In this document: positions 32,432-44,905 of the stretch, one piece after another | How positions within the stretch are numbered: the first letter of the stretch is position 1 | Layout of the letters: each line of letters begins with the position of its first letter | Sequence record: AP018932 | Source of the DNA: Escherichia phage KIT03 | Length of the DNA: 64,000 nt | Reading direction: 5' to 3' (one strand) | Made by a program: the position numbers and the translations under genes | Notes under the pieces: model-generated | The model's database searches: none | Told to the model about the DNA's origin: nothing | What the model saw: only the letters and a program-made list of their open reading frames with translations

Positions 32432-32461
32432 ACTGTAACACAACACGAGGGACTTGTAAAC
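32432..32461 (-). promoter_or_regulatory. T4-type early promoter (GTTTAC, 18 bp spacer, TACAGT) for alc
   Basis: near-identical copy of the element at 17147..17176. Confidence 0.6.
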
Positions 32462-32464
32462 AGC

Positions 32465-34052
<1,588 letters not shown>

Positions 34053-34079
34053 AATAAAATGGGCCTTGCGGCCCACTCC

Positions 34080-35258
34080 TTAAAAGTATTTTTTAAAACT
34101 CATCATAACTTTATCATCAACATCATTATCAATCTGTGCTACAAGGTAAGATGACAGCTCTACTTCTTGCGGTGCAGATTGAACATTATCAGAATTAAGA
34201 TATTCACGAATCCAAGGATATGGATGTTTAACCGGAGCATCGGTAATTGGGCATGGAAGACCACACTGTTTCATACGAGATACAGTTAAGTAATCAATAA
34301 AGCTCCACATGCTATTTGTATTTAATCCAGGAACATCGCCATCTTTAAATAAATGAACTGCCCAATCTTTTTCTTGGCGGTTAACTTCCATGAAAATATC
34401 AACTGCTTCTTGTTCACACTCTTGAGCAATTTTAACCCATTGATCGCCATCAGTACCAGATTGAAGTTGACGAATAATATATTGGGTGCCTTTAAGGTGA
34501 AGCTGTTCATCGCGTGCAATGAACTTCATAATCTTGGCATTACCTTCCATGATTTCCATGTTCTTATGGAAGTTAAAGGTACATGCGAAAGATACATAAA
34601 AACGAATAGCTTCCAATGCGTTGATTACATGCAAACAGAGGTAAAGAGATTTCATTAGCTCACGCTTCCAATATGTCTCATGCTCAATAGCATCTTCAAT
34701 AACGTCTTCGTCTGCATTAATTTCTTTTTGGTATTCGATATCAGCTTTAGCGTTTTCCCAATAACGAGTTTTAATCAGAACATCATCATAATAACGTCCA
34801 ATGGATTCAGCACGTTTCATAATAGCTTCATCTAATACAATTTCATCAAATACCTTCGATGGATCAGTATAAAGATTTCGCATGATATGAGTATATGAAC
34901 GACTGTGAATAGTTTCACTAAAAGTCCATGTAGCAACCCATGTATCAAGGCTCGGGTCTGAAATTAATGACATAAGTACAGCAGACGGCGCACGACCCTG
35001 AATGCTATCCAAAAGTGATTGATACTTCAGATTATTAGTAAAAATATTTTGCTGATACTGAGGAAGCTTATTAAACTGTGCAGCATCCATCATCAAGTTT
35101 ACTTCTTCAGGCCGCCAGAAAAATGATAATTGCTTTTCGGTCAAATCTTCAAAAACTTTATGACGTTGAATATCATAACGCGCAATACCAAGACCTGAAC
35201 CAAAAAACATAGGTTCTTTTAAAACATCAACTGGATTTGTATTAAAAACTGTGCTCAT
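34080..35258 (-). CDS. nrdB: ribonucleotide reductase small subunit NrdB (uninterrupted, no intron)
   Basis: continuous 392-codon ORF recognised as NrdB. Confidence 0.95.
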   Translation of the reverse strand: MSTVFNTNPVDVLKEPMFFGSGLGIARYDIQRHKVFEDLTEKQLSFFWRPEEVNLMMDAAQFNKLPQYQQNIFTNNLKYQSLLDSIQGRAPSAVLMSLISDPSLDTWVATWTFSETIHSRSYTHIMRNLYTDPSKVFDEIVLDEAIMKRAESIGRYYDDVLIKTRYWENAKADIEYQKEINADEDVIEDAIEHETYWKRELMKSLYLCLHVINALEAIRFYVSFACTFNFHKNMEIMEGNAKIMKFIARDEQLHLKGTQYIIRQLQSGTDGDQWVKIAQECEQEAVDIFMEVNRQEKDWAVHLFKDGDVPGLNTNSMWSFIDYLTVSRMKQCGLPCPITDAPVKHPYPWIREYLNSDNVQSAPQEVELSSYLVAQIDNDVDDKVMMSFKKYF

Positions 35259-35309
35259 AAATTTTCCGCTTAGTTAATAGATAGTGACTCGTCCGTGAGT
35301 CAAATTATA

Positions 35310-37574
35310 TCATAATTTACAGGATGAACAATCTTCAGCTTTTGGAGTTTCTATTTCATAATCATCAGTACCAGAACCGTCACGGGTATTATGATAATAG
35401 AAATTTTTTCCGCCAAAATACCAAAAATACAAAAGGTCATCAATCATTATTGACATTGGAACCTTGCCTTTAGGGAAGATTTGGGGGTCATAGTATGTAT
35501 TCGCCGAAGCTGATTGACAAACCCATTTCAGCATAATAGCTACCTGTGTAAGATAAGGTTTATTACCTTTCTTAGCTAATTTCCATGTATAGTCGTAAAG
35601 GTCTATGTTATGCTCAATATTGGGCACGACCTGATTAAAGGAGCCCTCTTTTGATTCTTTAACAGAGACTGGTCCACGTGGAGGCTCGATACCGTTTGTA
35701 CTGTTAGAAACTTGGGAAGATGACTCACATGGCATAAGTGCTGATAATGTGCTATTACGGATGCCAAAGAGCTTAAGGTCTTCCCGCAGCGCCGACCAGT
35801 CACAAACGTATTTTGGAGCTGCGATTTGGTCAATCTTTTTATTGTACCAGTCGATAGGTAATTCGCCTCGAGACCAACGAGTGTCTGAATAATATTCGCA
35901 AGGTCCTTTTTCTTTGGCGAGTTTAATGGATGCTTTAATGAGTCCATACTGTAATCTCTCAAATAGTTCATGTGTTAAATCGTTAGCATCTTCATAAGAA
36001 GCAAAGTTACTTGCCAACCAAGCTGCATAGTTAGTAACACCTACACCGAGGTTACGACGCTTTTTAGCTTTTTCTGCTTCAGGAACTGGATATCCTTGGT
36101 AATCCAAAAGATTATCAAGAGCACGAACCTGGACTTCTGCCAATTCATTAATTTTATCTTGGTCTTGCCAGTCAAAATTATCCAGTACGAATGCAGAGAG
36201 AGTACACAATCCAATTTCAGCATCAGGACTATTCACATCATTTGTTGGAATAGCAATTTCACAGCACAAGTTACTCTGACGAATAGGTGCCTTTTCACGA
36301 ATAAACGGAGTATAGTTATTCGTATTATCAGTGAACTGTACATAAATCCTTGCTGTTCCTGAGCGTTCAGTCATGAGCAATTCAAATAGTTCACGAGCTT
36401 TAATACGCTTTTTACGAATATTAGGGTCTTTTTCTGCGGCTTCATACAATTCACGGAAACGGTCTTGGTCTTTAAAATAAGAATAATAAAGCTCTCCGCC
36501 CATTTCATGGGGACTGAACAAAGTAATGTAATCGTTCTTTCCAAAACGTTCCATCATCAAATCATTCAGTTGAACACCATAATCCATATGACGAATGCGG
36601 TTTTCTTCTACGCCTTTGTTATTTTTCAAAACAAGAAGATTTTCAACTTCCAAATGCCAAATAGGATAATAAGCAGTAGCAGCGCCGCCACGAATTCCAC
36701 CCTGTGAGCATGATTTAACAGCAGTCTGAAAATGTTTCCAAAAAGGAATAACACCAGTATGGCGTACTTCACCCATGCCAATCTTAGAACCTTCAGCACG
36801 AATCATACCAACGTTAATACCAATTCCAGCGCGTTTAGAGATATATTCAACAATTGAAGCGGAAGCCTTATTGATAGACTTTAATGAATCACCTGCCTCA
36901 ATAACAACGCATGAACTAAACTGCCGGGTTGGAGTACGGCAACCAGCCATAATAGGAGTTGGCAATGAAATCTGTCGAGTAGATACTGCTTCATAAAAAC
37001 GGATAACGTGTTTTAATCTATCAACAGGTTCATCTTGATGCAATGCCATTCCAATAGTCATAAATGCAAACTGTGGAGTTTCATAAATTTGACCAGTGGT
37101 TTTATCTTTAACTAGATATTTTTCTTTTAATTGCATCGCCCCGGAATAAGTAAATTCCATATCCCGCTCGTGCTTAATTTTTGATTCTAAAAATGTAATT
37201 TCTTCTGCAGAATATTTTGACAACAATTCAGGGTCGTATTTACCTTCATTTACACAGTAAGAAATATGGTCAATAAATGAACGTGGTTCATACTGCCCAT
37301 AAACATGCTTACGAAGAGCAAACATTAAACAGCGTGCAGCTACATATTGATAATCAGGTTCTTCAACCGAAATAGAATTCGCAGCGGCCTTAATGACAAT
37401 AGTCTGAATATCATCAGTTGTCATTCCATCACGGAGATAAGATTTAATATTTTCATATAATTCATAAGGATCTACTGATGTTCCTTCAGCTGCCCAAGAT
37501 AAAACTTTAATAATTTTTTGTGGGTCAAAGCTCTGAGAAACACCACTACTTTTGATAACATTAATTAATTGCAT
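35310..37574 (-). CDS. nrdA: ribonucleotide reductase large subunit NrdA
   Basis: 754-aa ORF with active-site NLCCEI/SNLC-type and C-terminal CSSCKL motifs. Confidence 0.96.
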   Translation of the reverse strand: MQLINVIKSSGVSQSFDPQKIIKVLSWAAEGTSVDPYELYENIKSYLRDGMTTDDIQTIVIKAAANSISVEEPDYQYVAARCLMFALRKHVYGQYEPRSFIDHISYCVNEGKYDPELLSKYSAEEITFLESKIKHERDMEFTYSGAMQLKEKYLVKDKTTGQIYETPQFAFMTIGMALHQDEPVDRLKHVIRFYEAVSTRQISLPTPIMAGCRTPTRQFSSCVVIEAGDSLKSINKASASIVEYISKRAGIGINVGMIRAEGSKIGMGEVRHTGVIPFWKHFQTAVKSCSQGGIRGGAATAYYPIWHLEVENLLVLKNNKGVEENRIRHMDYGVQLNDLMMERFGKNDYITLFSPHEMGGELYYSYFKDQDRFRELYEAAEKDPNIRKKRIKARELFELLMTERSGTARIYVQFTDNTNNYTPFIREKAPIRQSNLCCEIAIPTNDVNSPDAEIGLCTLSAFVLDNFDWQDQDKINELAEVQVRALDNLLDYQGYPVPEAEKAKKRRNLGVGVTNYAAWLASNFASYEDANDLTHELFERLQYGLIKASIKLAKEKGPCEYYSDTRWSRGELPIDWYNKKIDQIAAPKYVCDWSALREDLKLFGIRNSTLSALMPCESSSQVSNSTNGIEPPRGPVSVKESKEGSFNQVVPNIEHNIDLYDYTWKLAKKGNKPYLTQVAIMLKWVCQSASANTYYDPQIFPKGKVPMSIMIDDLLYFWYFGGKNFYYHNTRDGSGTDDYEIETPKAEDCSSCKL

Positions 37575-37891
37575 AAGTCCTCAACTTGAAAATCGTCTTT
37601 AAACAATCGGTTAACTATATGAGCTATTATATCACCATGACACGGCTTTGGTTTACATGTGCATCCTAGCCTCATTCCACGTAAAGGCTCTAAATGTGCT
37701 TTAGTTATTTCTCCGGATTTAATTCGACGTATAAAATCTTTTTTGAATAATTCAATGGCAGCCTCCCGGCTGCCAGCATCTTTACCGACGTAATTTCCCC
37801 AAAATGTACCACGGTGAATATTAACATCAAAGTCGGATTTATATTTATTCACTACTCGGCATATACGGCCTGCGCGGTTGTAAGTGTTCAT
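37565..37891 (-). CDS. nrdA.1: hypothetical Cys/His-rich protein
   Basis: 108-aa ORF; [11 protein letters not shown] motif. Confidence 0.65.
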   Translation of the reverse strand: MNTYNRAGRICRVVNKYKSDFDVNIHRGTFWGNYVGKDAGSREAAIELFKKDFIRRIKSGEITKAHLEPLRGMRLGCTCKPKPCHGDIIAHIVNRLFKDDFQVEDLCN

Positions 37892-38120
37892 ATTGTTCTT
37901 CCGTTAAAACAGTAATATCGTAGTAACAGTCAGAAGAAGTTTTAACTGTGGAAATTTTATTATCAAAATACTCACGAGTCATTTTATGAGTATAATATTT
38001 TTTGCCATAAATGATAATAGGCTGATTTGGTCCTGGAACTTCTAACTCACTTGGATTAGGAAGTGTAAAAAGAACTACACCAGAAGTATCTTTAAATCGT
38101 AAAATCATATATCCTCGCAA
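37845..38120 (-). CDS. nrdA.2: hypothetical protein
   Basis: 91-aa ORF. Confidence 0.6.
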   Translation of the reverse strand: MRGYMILRFKDTSGVVLFTLPNPSELEVPGPNQPIIIYGKKYYTHKMTREYFDNKISTVKTSSDCYYDITVLTEEQYEHLQPRRPYMPSSE

Positions 38121-38128
38121 TAATAAAA

Positions 38129-38989
38129 TTACACCGCCATCTTTCCTTTAATAGGAGGATGTGATTCATAGTTGTTAAGAACAAAATTATGAGGCTTTGC
38201 AAATTGACTCAACCAAAATACCTGCGATTCTGTGTCCCATTCATCAAATTCATCTGGAAATTTTAATTGTAATTCGCATAAATCCATAGGTTCACGACAT
38301 AAAATTTCTTTACATTGTTCTACGTGATTCATATAGATATGAGTATTACCACCAGAAAATATCAAATCTCCCGGAATAAGATTACACATCTTAGCTACAA
38401 TATGAACTAACGTAGCATATGATGCAATATTAAATGGAAGACCGAGGAAAACATCTACCGAACGTTGATACCACTGAAGGTCAAGGTATCCATTACGCAC
38501 ATTAAACTGATAGAACATATGACAAGGCGGTAATGCCATATATTTAAGTTCAGCTGGATTCCACGCAGAAACAATTTGACGCCTATCATTTGGCAGTTTT
38601 TTAATACGATCAATAACTTCTATAATTTGATCTACACCGCCAAAATCACGCCACTGTTTTCCATAAATTGGACCAAGTTCACCACTATGGTATCCTAAAT
38701 CTTTTGCTTGATTTTCGTAATTTTCATCCCAGACTGTTTTGCCTTGGATTAACGAATCATGCTGAATTAATCGTAAATCATTGACATTTGTGCTTCCTGA
38801 TAAAAACCATATTAGCTCAGCAATGCATGCATTCCAGGCGAGCTTCTTAGTCGTTACTGCAGGAAAACCTTTAGTTAAATCCCAGCGTAATTTAGTACCG
38901 AACAAAGCAATTGTTCCTGTGCCTGTTCGGTCATCAGTTTCATAGCCATTTTCAAAAATGTCTTTAATTAAATCTTGGTATTGTTTCAT
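38129..38989 (-). CDS. td: thymidylate synthase Td (uninterrupted, no intron)
   Basis: continuous 286-codon ORF with TS active-site region ([12 protein letters not shown]). Confidence 0.96.
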   Translation of the reverse strand: MKQYQDLIKDIFENGYETDDRTGTGTIALFGTKLRWDLTKGFPAVTTKKLAWNACIAELIWFLSGSTNVNDLRLIQHDSLIQGKTVWDENYENQAKDLGYHSGELGPIYGKQWRDFGGVDQIIEVIDRIKKLPNDRRQIVSAWNPAELKYMALPPCHMFYQFNVRNGYLDLQWYQRSVDVFLGLPFNIASYATLVHIVAKMCNLIPGDLIFSGGNTHIYMNHVEQCKEILCREPMDLCELQLKFPDEFDEWDTESQVFWLSQFAKPHNFVLNNYESHPPIKGKMAV

Positions 38990-39033
38990 TTAGTACCTTA
39001 TATAAATTATAATACATTTTATGAAGCTAATAA

Positions 39034-39393
39034 TCAATACGGTTTAGCATCAAATTTTCTTTCGATTTCAGGAGTGAAATATAATTCTTTACCACGTTTG
39101 GAAAAACGACCAATAATATGATAATTATTCTCATCAAACGTGATATTACCAATATCCATAGCTTTCAACCAAATATCGATATTTCTATCTAGTTTTATAT
39201 CAAAATTCCAATACGGAGAACTATTACCAAAAATACTACAAGCGGATTCAGTGAAACAACTGCTATAAATCTTGTCTTTAGGAACTACTAATTGATAGAC
39301 GCCTTTAATAAACTGAGGACCCTGCCATTTTGGTTGTTTCGCGTCTTTTTCTAATAGAATAGGGTAATAATTAAAATTCATATTTTCCGCCAC
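39034..39393 (-). CDS. hypothetical protein encoded in an insertion between frd and td
   Basis: 119-codon ORF (GTG start at 39393, or ATG at 39381) filling a ~410 bp gap between frd stop and td start; no recognisable domain. Confidence 0.6.
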   Translation of the reverse strand: MAENMNFNYYPILLEKDAKQPKWQGPQFIKGVYQLVVPKDKIYSSCFTESACSIFGNSSPYWNFDIKLDRNIDIWLKAMDIGNITFDENNYHIIGRFSKRGKELYFTPEIERKFDAKPY

Positions 39394-39401
39394 GTGTTAT
39401 T

Positions 39402-40231
<830 letters not shown>

Positions 40232-40242
40232 ATTATCTCCTA

Positions 40243-40575
40243 TTAAAAAGGATCAGGAACATACCCACTAGCTTTAATCATTTTAACTAATGTTACCATT
40301 CCTTTGTTAACTGCTTGTGAGATTTCATCAAAAACTTCATCATTAAAAAGTTCTAGCACACCCTTCTGAACTTTTAATTTACAGCCAACAATTTCGTCAT
40401 CGCCTATAGTAAATTCATTACCGCCAATTCCACCGAAAAACTTAATTACCCCAGTTAACTGTCTTCCACGAGAATATGGGTCATGTGATAAAGTAATATG
40501 AGTCACCCCAGGTACAGTTTTAAATTGACAGCGAATGTTTACTTGAGAAATTCCAGTTACATGAATGTCAGACAT
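40243..40575 (-). CDS. hypothetical protein
   Basis: 110-aa ORF. Confidence 0.6.
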   Translation of the reverse strand: MSDIHVTGISQVNIRCQFKTVPGVTHITLSHDPYSRGRQLTGVIKFFGGIGGNEFTIGDDEIVGCKLKVQKGVLELFNDEVFDEISQAVNKGMVTLVKMIKASGYVPDPF

Positions 40576-40585
40576 AATATTTTCC

Positions 40586-40828
40586 TCAAACAGACTTTTT
40601 CACAATTTTCCAATCAGCTTTAAACTGTTCAACGTCAGAATGGTAAATCCAGAATCCTGCGCTTTCTCCATCCTCATAAAGAGGGCATCCATCACATTCA
40701 TCTTCCCACCCCATGTCACGTAAAAGATGTTCAGCTTTTTCAACAAGTTCAGAATCTTTACCGATGATATTAAAATACCATTTACCTTTAACTTCTGAAT
40801 CTTTGATGCTCTGACGTTGTAATCTCAT
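40586..40828 (-). CDS. hypothetical protein
   Basis: 80-aa ORF downstream of an early promoter (40854..40883). Confidence 0.6.
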   Translation of the reverse strand: MRLQRQSIKDSEVKGKWYFNIIGKDSELVEKAEHLLRDMGWEDECDGCPLYEDGESAGFWIYHSDVEQFKADWKIVKKSV

Positions 40829-40882
40829 TTTATTCTCCTTAGTTGATAGGGTAATAGTATCACACTACTACCCTTCTGTAAA

Positions 40883-41245
40883 CTACTTTTTGAAAGTTTT
40901 TCGCAAAAGTTCAATGATTTCATCTACATTGTTTTCGTCTACAATGCAGTGAATTTTTGTTACGCCAGAAACCTTGTCTTCTATTTCATCTTCAGAAGTC
41001 GGTTCTTTATACTCACGAAAACAATGAAATTCATCTTCGCAGACGTTGAAGTAAAAATGCTTTCCATTGGCGCATTCTACGTGTTTTACTACTTTAAATC
41101 CATCAGCAAAGAAAACTTCTTTAACTTCAAACCATCCGCCATTTTCTTGAATAGCTTTAACTATTAATGAATTAGAACGCGGGCGATAATTAATAAATGT
41201 ATCAATAAGTCTTGGAACAAGTTCGTACTTTTTATCAATATACAT
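40883..41245 (-). CDS. hypothetical protein
   Basis: 120-aa ORF. Confidence 0.6.
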   Translation of the reverse strand: MYIDKKYELVPRLIDTFINYRPRSNSLIVKAIQENGGWFEVKEVFFADGFKVVKHVECANGKHFYFNVCEDEFHCFREYKEPTSEDEIEDKVSGVTKIHCIVDENNVDEIIELLRKTFKK

Positions 41246-41289
41246 TATGTTTTCCTCATTTTAATAGGGGCTTGATATCCCCTCGATAA

Positions 41290-41541
41290 TTACTGTTCAA
41301 TCAATCCCATGTAAAATTCTGCATCTTCAGCATCCATACCATCACAGTATTCATTAGCCATAAATCGTTCAAGAACTTCTAAAGGACCTTCAATAACAAT
41401 AGAAAAATTGCAATAATTGGGATCATCATGAATACTTGTGATACTAAGTTCAGGATAACGATTACGAATAATTTCTTCAATATATTCAAAATCAACGATG
41501 TCAATATCAACTTTAGCCATATTGTTTTCCTCTTTAATCAT
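41290..41541 (-). CDS. hypothetical protein
   Basis: 83-aa ORF downstream of an early promoter. Confidence 0.6.
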   Translation of the reverse strand: MIKEENNMAKVDIDIVDFEYIEEIIRNRYPELSITSIHDDPNYCNFSIVIEGPLEVLERFMANEYCDGMDAEDAEFYMGLIEQ

Positions 41542-41563
41542 CAGCAGTATTGCCGATAGTTGT

Positions 41564-41593
41564 ATAGTACCATAAAGCTTTATGCTTGTAAAC
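41564..41593 (-). promoter_or_regulatory. T4-type early promoter (GTTTAC, 18 bp spacer, TACTAT) with A/T-rich upstream element
   Basis: gtaaac at 41588..41593 and atagta at 41564..41569; module repeated at 58271..58300 and 61924..61953. Confidence 0.6.
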
Positions 41594-41604
41594 CGTTTTG
41601 TGAA

Positions 41605-41644
41605 AAAATTTTTGAAATAAAAAAGGGGACCTCTAGGGTCCCCA
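41605..41644 (-). terminator. hairpin terminator downstream of gene 32
   Basis: GGGGACC-CUAG-GGUCCCC then UUUUUUAUUU on the - strand. Confidence 0.65.
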
Positions 41645-41665
41645 ATTAATTAGTAATATAATCTA

Positions 41666-42574
41666 TTAAAGGTCATTCAAAAGGTCATCCAGGTCCGTGT
41701 CATCAGCACTAGATGAACTGCCAGAGCTTGAGCTCATAAAATCATCTTCAGTTTTTGTATTGAAGTCATCAACATTGAATGCATCCAAATCATCAGCAAC
41801 TTTATCAGCTTTCTTAGCAGCAGTTGCTGCGGCACCACCCATAGCAGCAGTTCCCATAACTTGACTGAACTTAGTGCTCAGTTCTTCAAACGATTTGAAT
41901 TTATCTTTAGAAGTCATTTCAGAAAGGTCAACCATTTGTTCGAACAGTTCTTTCTGGAAAGATTCATCATCAATGTTTGGAATCGCAGATTGATTCAGGA
42001 ATTTAGATTCGTCGTAGTTACTAAAACCAGAAACTTGTTTAACTTTCAGTACAAAATTAGCACCTTCCCACGGACAAGTTACATCAACCGGAGTTTCACC
42101 CATTTCAACATCAACTGCAATCATTGCGTTGATTTTATCCCAGATTTTCTTACCGAAACGGTATTTAAATACTTTACCTTCATTTTCTGGAGCAGCTGGG
42201 TCTTTTACTACAAGAATGTTAGCCCAGTAAGAAGTTTTACGTTTAACAAGACTGTACTCTTTATTATCAGTGTTGTACAAATCATTTTTACTGATGTACT
42301 GACATACTGGACAAGAATCATAATCACCGTGGGTAGATGAGCAATTTTCGATATACCATTTACCGTTTTTCTTGAAACCGTGATTTACAAGAATTGCGAA
42401 TGGTGCTTGTTCATCATTTTTAGACGGAAGAAAACGAATTACTGCTTGACCGTTACCCGCATTGTCGAGTTTCAGTTTCCACTCGCCTTTATCTTCAGAA
42501 GAAAAACCACCTTTATTTCCAGCCAGTTTAGCCATTTGTGCAGCGAGTTCAGCAGTAGATTTACGTTTAAACAT
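41666..42574 (-). CDS. 32: single-stranded DNA-binding protein gp32
   Basis: 302-codon ORF recognised as gp32 including the acidic C-terminal tail. Confidence 0.97.
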   Translation of the reverse strand: MFKRKSTAELAAQMAKLAGNKGGFSSEDKGEWKLKLDNAGNGQAVIRFLPSKNDEQAPFAILVNHGFKKNGKWYIENCSSTHGDYDSCPVCQYISKNDLYNTDNKEYSLVKRKTSYWANILVVKDPAAPENEGKVFKYRFGKKIWDKINAMIAVDVEMGETPVDVTCPWEGANFVLKVKQVSGFSNYDESKFLNQSAIPNIDDESFQKELFEQMVDLSEMTSKDKFKSFEELSTKFSQVMGTAAMGGAAATAAKKADKVADDLDAFNVDDFNTKTEDDFMSSSSGSSSSADDTDLDDLLNDL

Positions 42575-42640
42575 TTTTATTTCCTTTTTAATTTAATTAA
42601 CAGTTGGTGCTATGACGATGTATGACCTCATAGCTGGTCA
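42575..42640 (-). promoter_or_regulatory. gene 32 translational operator (mRNA pseudoknot plus unstructured A/U-rich leader)
   Basis: leader reads UGAGGUCAUACAUCGUCAUAGCACCAACUG followed by UUAAUUAAAUUAAAAAGGAAAUAAAAAUG, matching the known autoregulatory site. Confidence 0.75.
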
Positions 42641-42673
42641 GTGAGATAATTATAATCTATTTATAATAAGCAA

Positions 42674-43327
42674 TTAATACTTACAAGATTTCACAGTTTC
42701 AATAAAAACTTTTTTAGCTTCCTGTGAATCAATATTTAAAATTTTTCTATAAGCCTTTAACTTTATAGAATAATTATTCCAGACTAAATTATCAGTCTGT
42801 TCATCATGTTTATCGATTATATTTAAAAACGAATCAAGCAAGATAAACGTCTCAAACGAAATTATATTCGATTGAAGTAGTTTAAAAATATAACTTGATT
42901 GAACTTTTGGATTATATTCAAAAATTTCTTTAAAAGCAGAAACTTCAACTTTTTTACTAAAATAATAAATGTTGCGAATATCTTCTTCAAACTTAAATTT
43001 AATTTGCTTTAAGCGTCCGATATATTCACGATAAAACACAAGTGCATCAGCGTCAGAGATGTCACCAATCCAAGCATCTTGGTTAGCAACCAAATTACTT
43101 ATAAAGATTAAAGCAAGTTCCTTTAATTTATATTTTTCTGATAACTTCTGAAAAAAATACTTATCCCTTCGCTTTTGATAAGCGGCATCAGACACCCGCA
43201 TGCACCAATTATACTTAATAACATCATACTTTCCATTCATATGCTGTTTTATCATTAAGTATAATTTATAAACTGATTTACCATCAATGTATCTTTCACC
43301 ACCAGCAGGCATGCGGAGTTTAATCAT
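42674..43327 (-). CDS. 59: helicase loader gp59
   Basis: 217-aa ORF. Confidence 0.93.
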   Translation of the reverse strand: MIKLRMPAGGERYIDGKSVYKLYLMIKQHMNGKYDVIKYNWCMRVSDAAYQKRRDKYFFQKLSEKYKLKELALIFISNLVANQDAWIGDISDADALVFYREYIGRLKQIKFKFEEDIRNIYYFSKKVEVSAFKEIFEYNPKVQSSYIFKLLQSNIISFETFILLDSFLNIIDKHDEQTDNLVWNNYSIKLKAYRKILNIDSQEAKKVFIETVKSCKY

Positions 43328-43662
43328 AGTAGAAAATCTAATGTATTAGTTTTTTCACAACGAACAACAGAAGGACGTAAAAGATTTTCGTCAATGGCTT
43401 CTGACTGAATTTTTTCAATTATACCCGAAGGAATAAATTTAGCAAATTGAGTTTCAGGAATAGAATTTTCTTCTAAGAATGCTGTTGTAGCTTCAAGATA
43501 ACTCATTCCAAACTCTTCTACCATTTTTTCAATAATAAATCCATTTTCTTGACGATCAAGAAGCTTTGCTATTTCATCCTTTTCTTTCTTAAGGGAAAGT
43601 TCTTTTTCTGAAAGCCCGGCCTCATCGACCGGACGAATATCATTTAGAGAAAACTGTGTCAT
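43324..43662 (-). CDS. 33: late transcription co-activator gp33
   Basis: 112 codons from MTQFSLNDIRP. Confidence 0.9.
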   Translation of the reverse strand: MTQFSLNDIRPVDEAGLSEKELSLKKEKDEIAKLLDRQENGFIIEKMVEEFGMSYLEATTAFLEENSIPETQFAKFIPSGIIEKIQSEAIDENLLRPSVVRCEKTNTLDFLL

Positions 43663-43909
43663 AAAGTTCAACTACCTCTTCAGTTTCAGCTTCAAACACA
43701 TCACGGTTATCTTTATGATATAGAGCCAAAAGACGATTAAACATCTTGCCATCAACACCAAGTTCATCTTTGGCACGAATTCGAATATCTTTAATCAATT
43801 CATTATAACCGGAAATTTTCAGTTTATGATCAGATGCTTCTTTAATAAATTTAGCCAAGTCTTCGCCATGGATAGCTTCATCAAATTCAACCATTTCTTT
43901 TTTAGCCAT
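43640..43909 (-). CDS. dsbA: double-stranded DNA-binding protein DsbA
   Basis: 89-aa ORF. Confidence 0.88.
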   Translation of the reverse strand: MAKKEMVEFDEAIHGEDLAKFIKEASDHKLKISGYNELIKDIRIRAKDELGVDGKMFNRLLALYHKDNRDVFEAETEEVVELYDTVFSK

Positions 43910-43917
43910 TATTCACC

Positions 43918-44835
43918 TCAAAATTCATTAATGCTGTTAGTTAATTTAGAAAGACCAGATTTTACAAAATAAGAATAAATTTTGCCACGCGGTGGTAATT
44001 TATATGAATTATAGTAATTCACAATGTTTGAAGCAATATTATCAGGAATATAATCAAAATCAATTAGAACTAAATTTTCTTTATAACGATTATATTCAGA
44101 TTCTGTGAGAAGCACCTTAGCTTGTTCACGGTCATTAGCAATAGCTTCAACGATTGAAGTTTTCATTGAAGGAGTTCGTTCACCTTCAACTTTGGTAAAC
44201 CAAAAGTCAGATCGTACTTTAACTGAAGCAACGTTATCCTTTTTGTCACCTTTAAGGATTTTAGTCATACAGTCAATTTCAGCAGAACCGCTTTTAATTT
44301 TAACCCATTTCTTATGCATCGGTGACCATTGCTTAACATTTGGGTATTTGTGAAGCTGTGTAAAGTCACCATCCGACGAAATGATTAAAATCTTATGTCC
44401 TTCTAAAGAGAACTTTTTAACAAGAACAGCAATATGGTCATCTGCTTCATACTTATCAATATCCATAACAATGTATGGCATATAAGCTTTCAATTCATCT
44501 ATAACTTTATGGCTGGATTCAAAATAACCTTCCCAGTCCCAAGTTGATTCTTCTCGTGCTTTTCCACGGTTTTTCTTATAATAATACGCGAAATCACGAC
44601 GCCAGTATCCAGATTTCGCATTATCAATACACAGTACAATTTTAGTGTATCCAAGAGTTTTTGCTTTTTTGACATTAAACTTAATTGAGTTCAATATCAA
44701 ATGACGAACCATTGATAAATTAATTTTTTCTTTATCTGGAAAGTTTACCAAAGCAGTTGAAAGCGCAATTTGACTAAAGTCAATAAAGCAAATTCCTTCT
44801 TTGTAATCTTCATCCAGCATCATTTCTAAATCCAT
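43918..44835 (-). CDS. rnh: RNase H (5'-3' exonuclease, FEN-1 family)
   Basis: 305 codons from MDLEMMLDEDYKEG; the tracked ORF has a 5-codon extension. Confidence 0.93.
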   Translation of the reverse strand: MDLEMMLDEDYKEGICFIDFSQIALSTALVNFPDKEKINLSMVRHLILNSIKFNVKKAKTLGYTKIVLCIDNAKSGYWRRDFAYYYKKNRGKAREESTWDWEGYFESSHKVIDELKAYMPYIVMDIDKYEADDHIAVLVKKFSLEGHKILIISSDGDFTQLHKYPNVKQWSPMHKKWVKIKSGSAEIDCMTKILKGDKKDNVASVKVRSDFWFTKVEGERTPSMKTSIVEAIANDREQAKVLLTESEYNRYKENLVLIDFDYIPDNIASNIVNYYNSYKLPPRGKIYSYFVKSGLSKLTNSINEF

Positions 44836-44897
44836 ATGAACCTCGTTCAATTAGTGAGATTTCTATTATATACCATCCAAATCTTAAAGTAAACAAG

Positions 44898-44905
44898 TAT
44901 AAATA
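44898..44905 (+). promoter_or_regulatory. late promoter TATAAATA for gene 34
   Basis: exact TATAAATA about 35 bp upstream of gene 34 ATG. Confidence 0.65.

Noticed and set aside
39379-39393. Alternative reading of the frd-td insertion as merely a long intergenic spacer
   Set aside because: A 119-codon ORF with plausible start immediately after frd and stop 44 bp before td occupies almost the entire insertion, so coding seems more likely than spacer; kept as a finding.
41861-42340. Plus-strand 159-aa ORF antisense to gene 32
   Set aside because: Fully embedded in the conserved gene 32 coding region on the opposite strand; no start signals.
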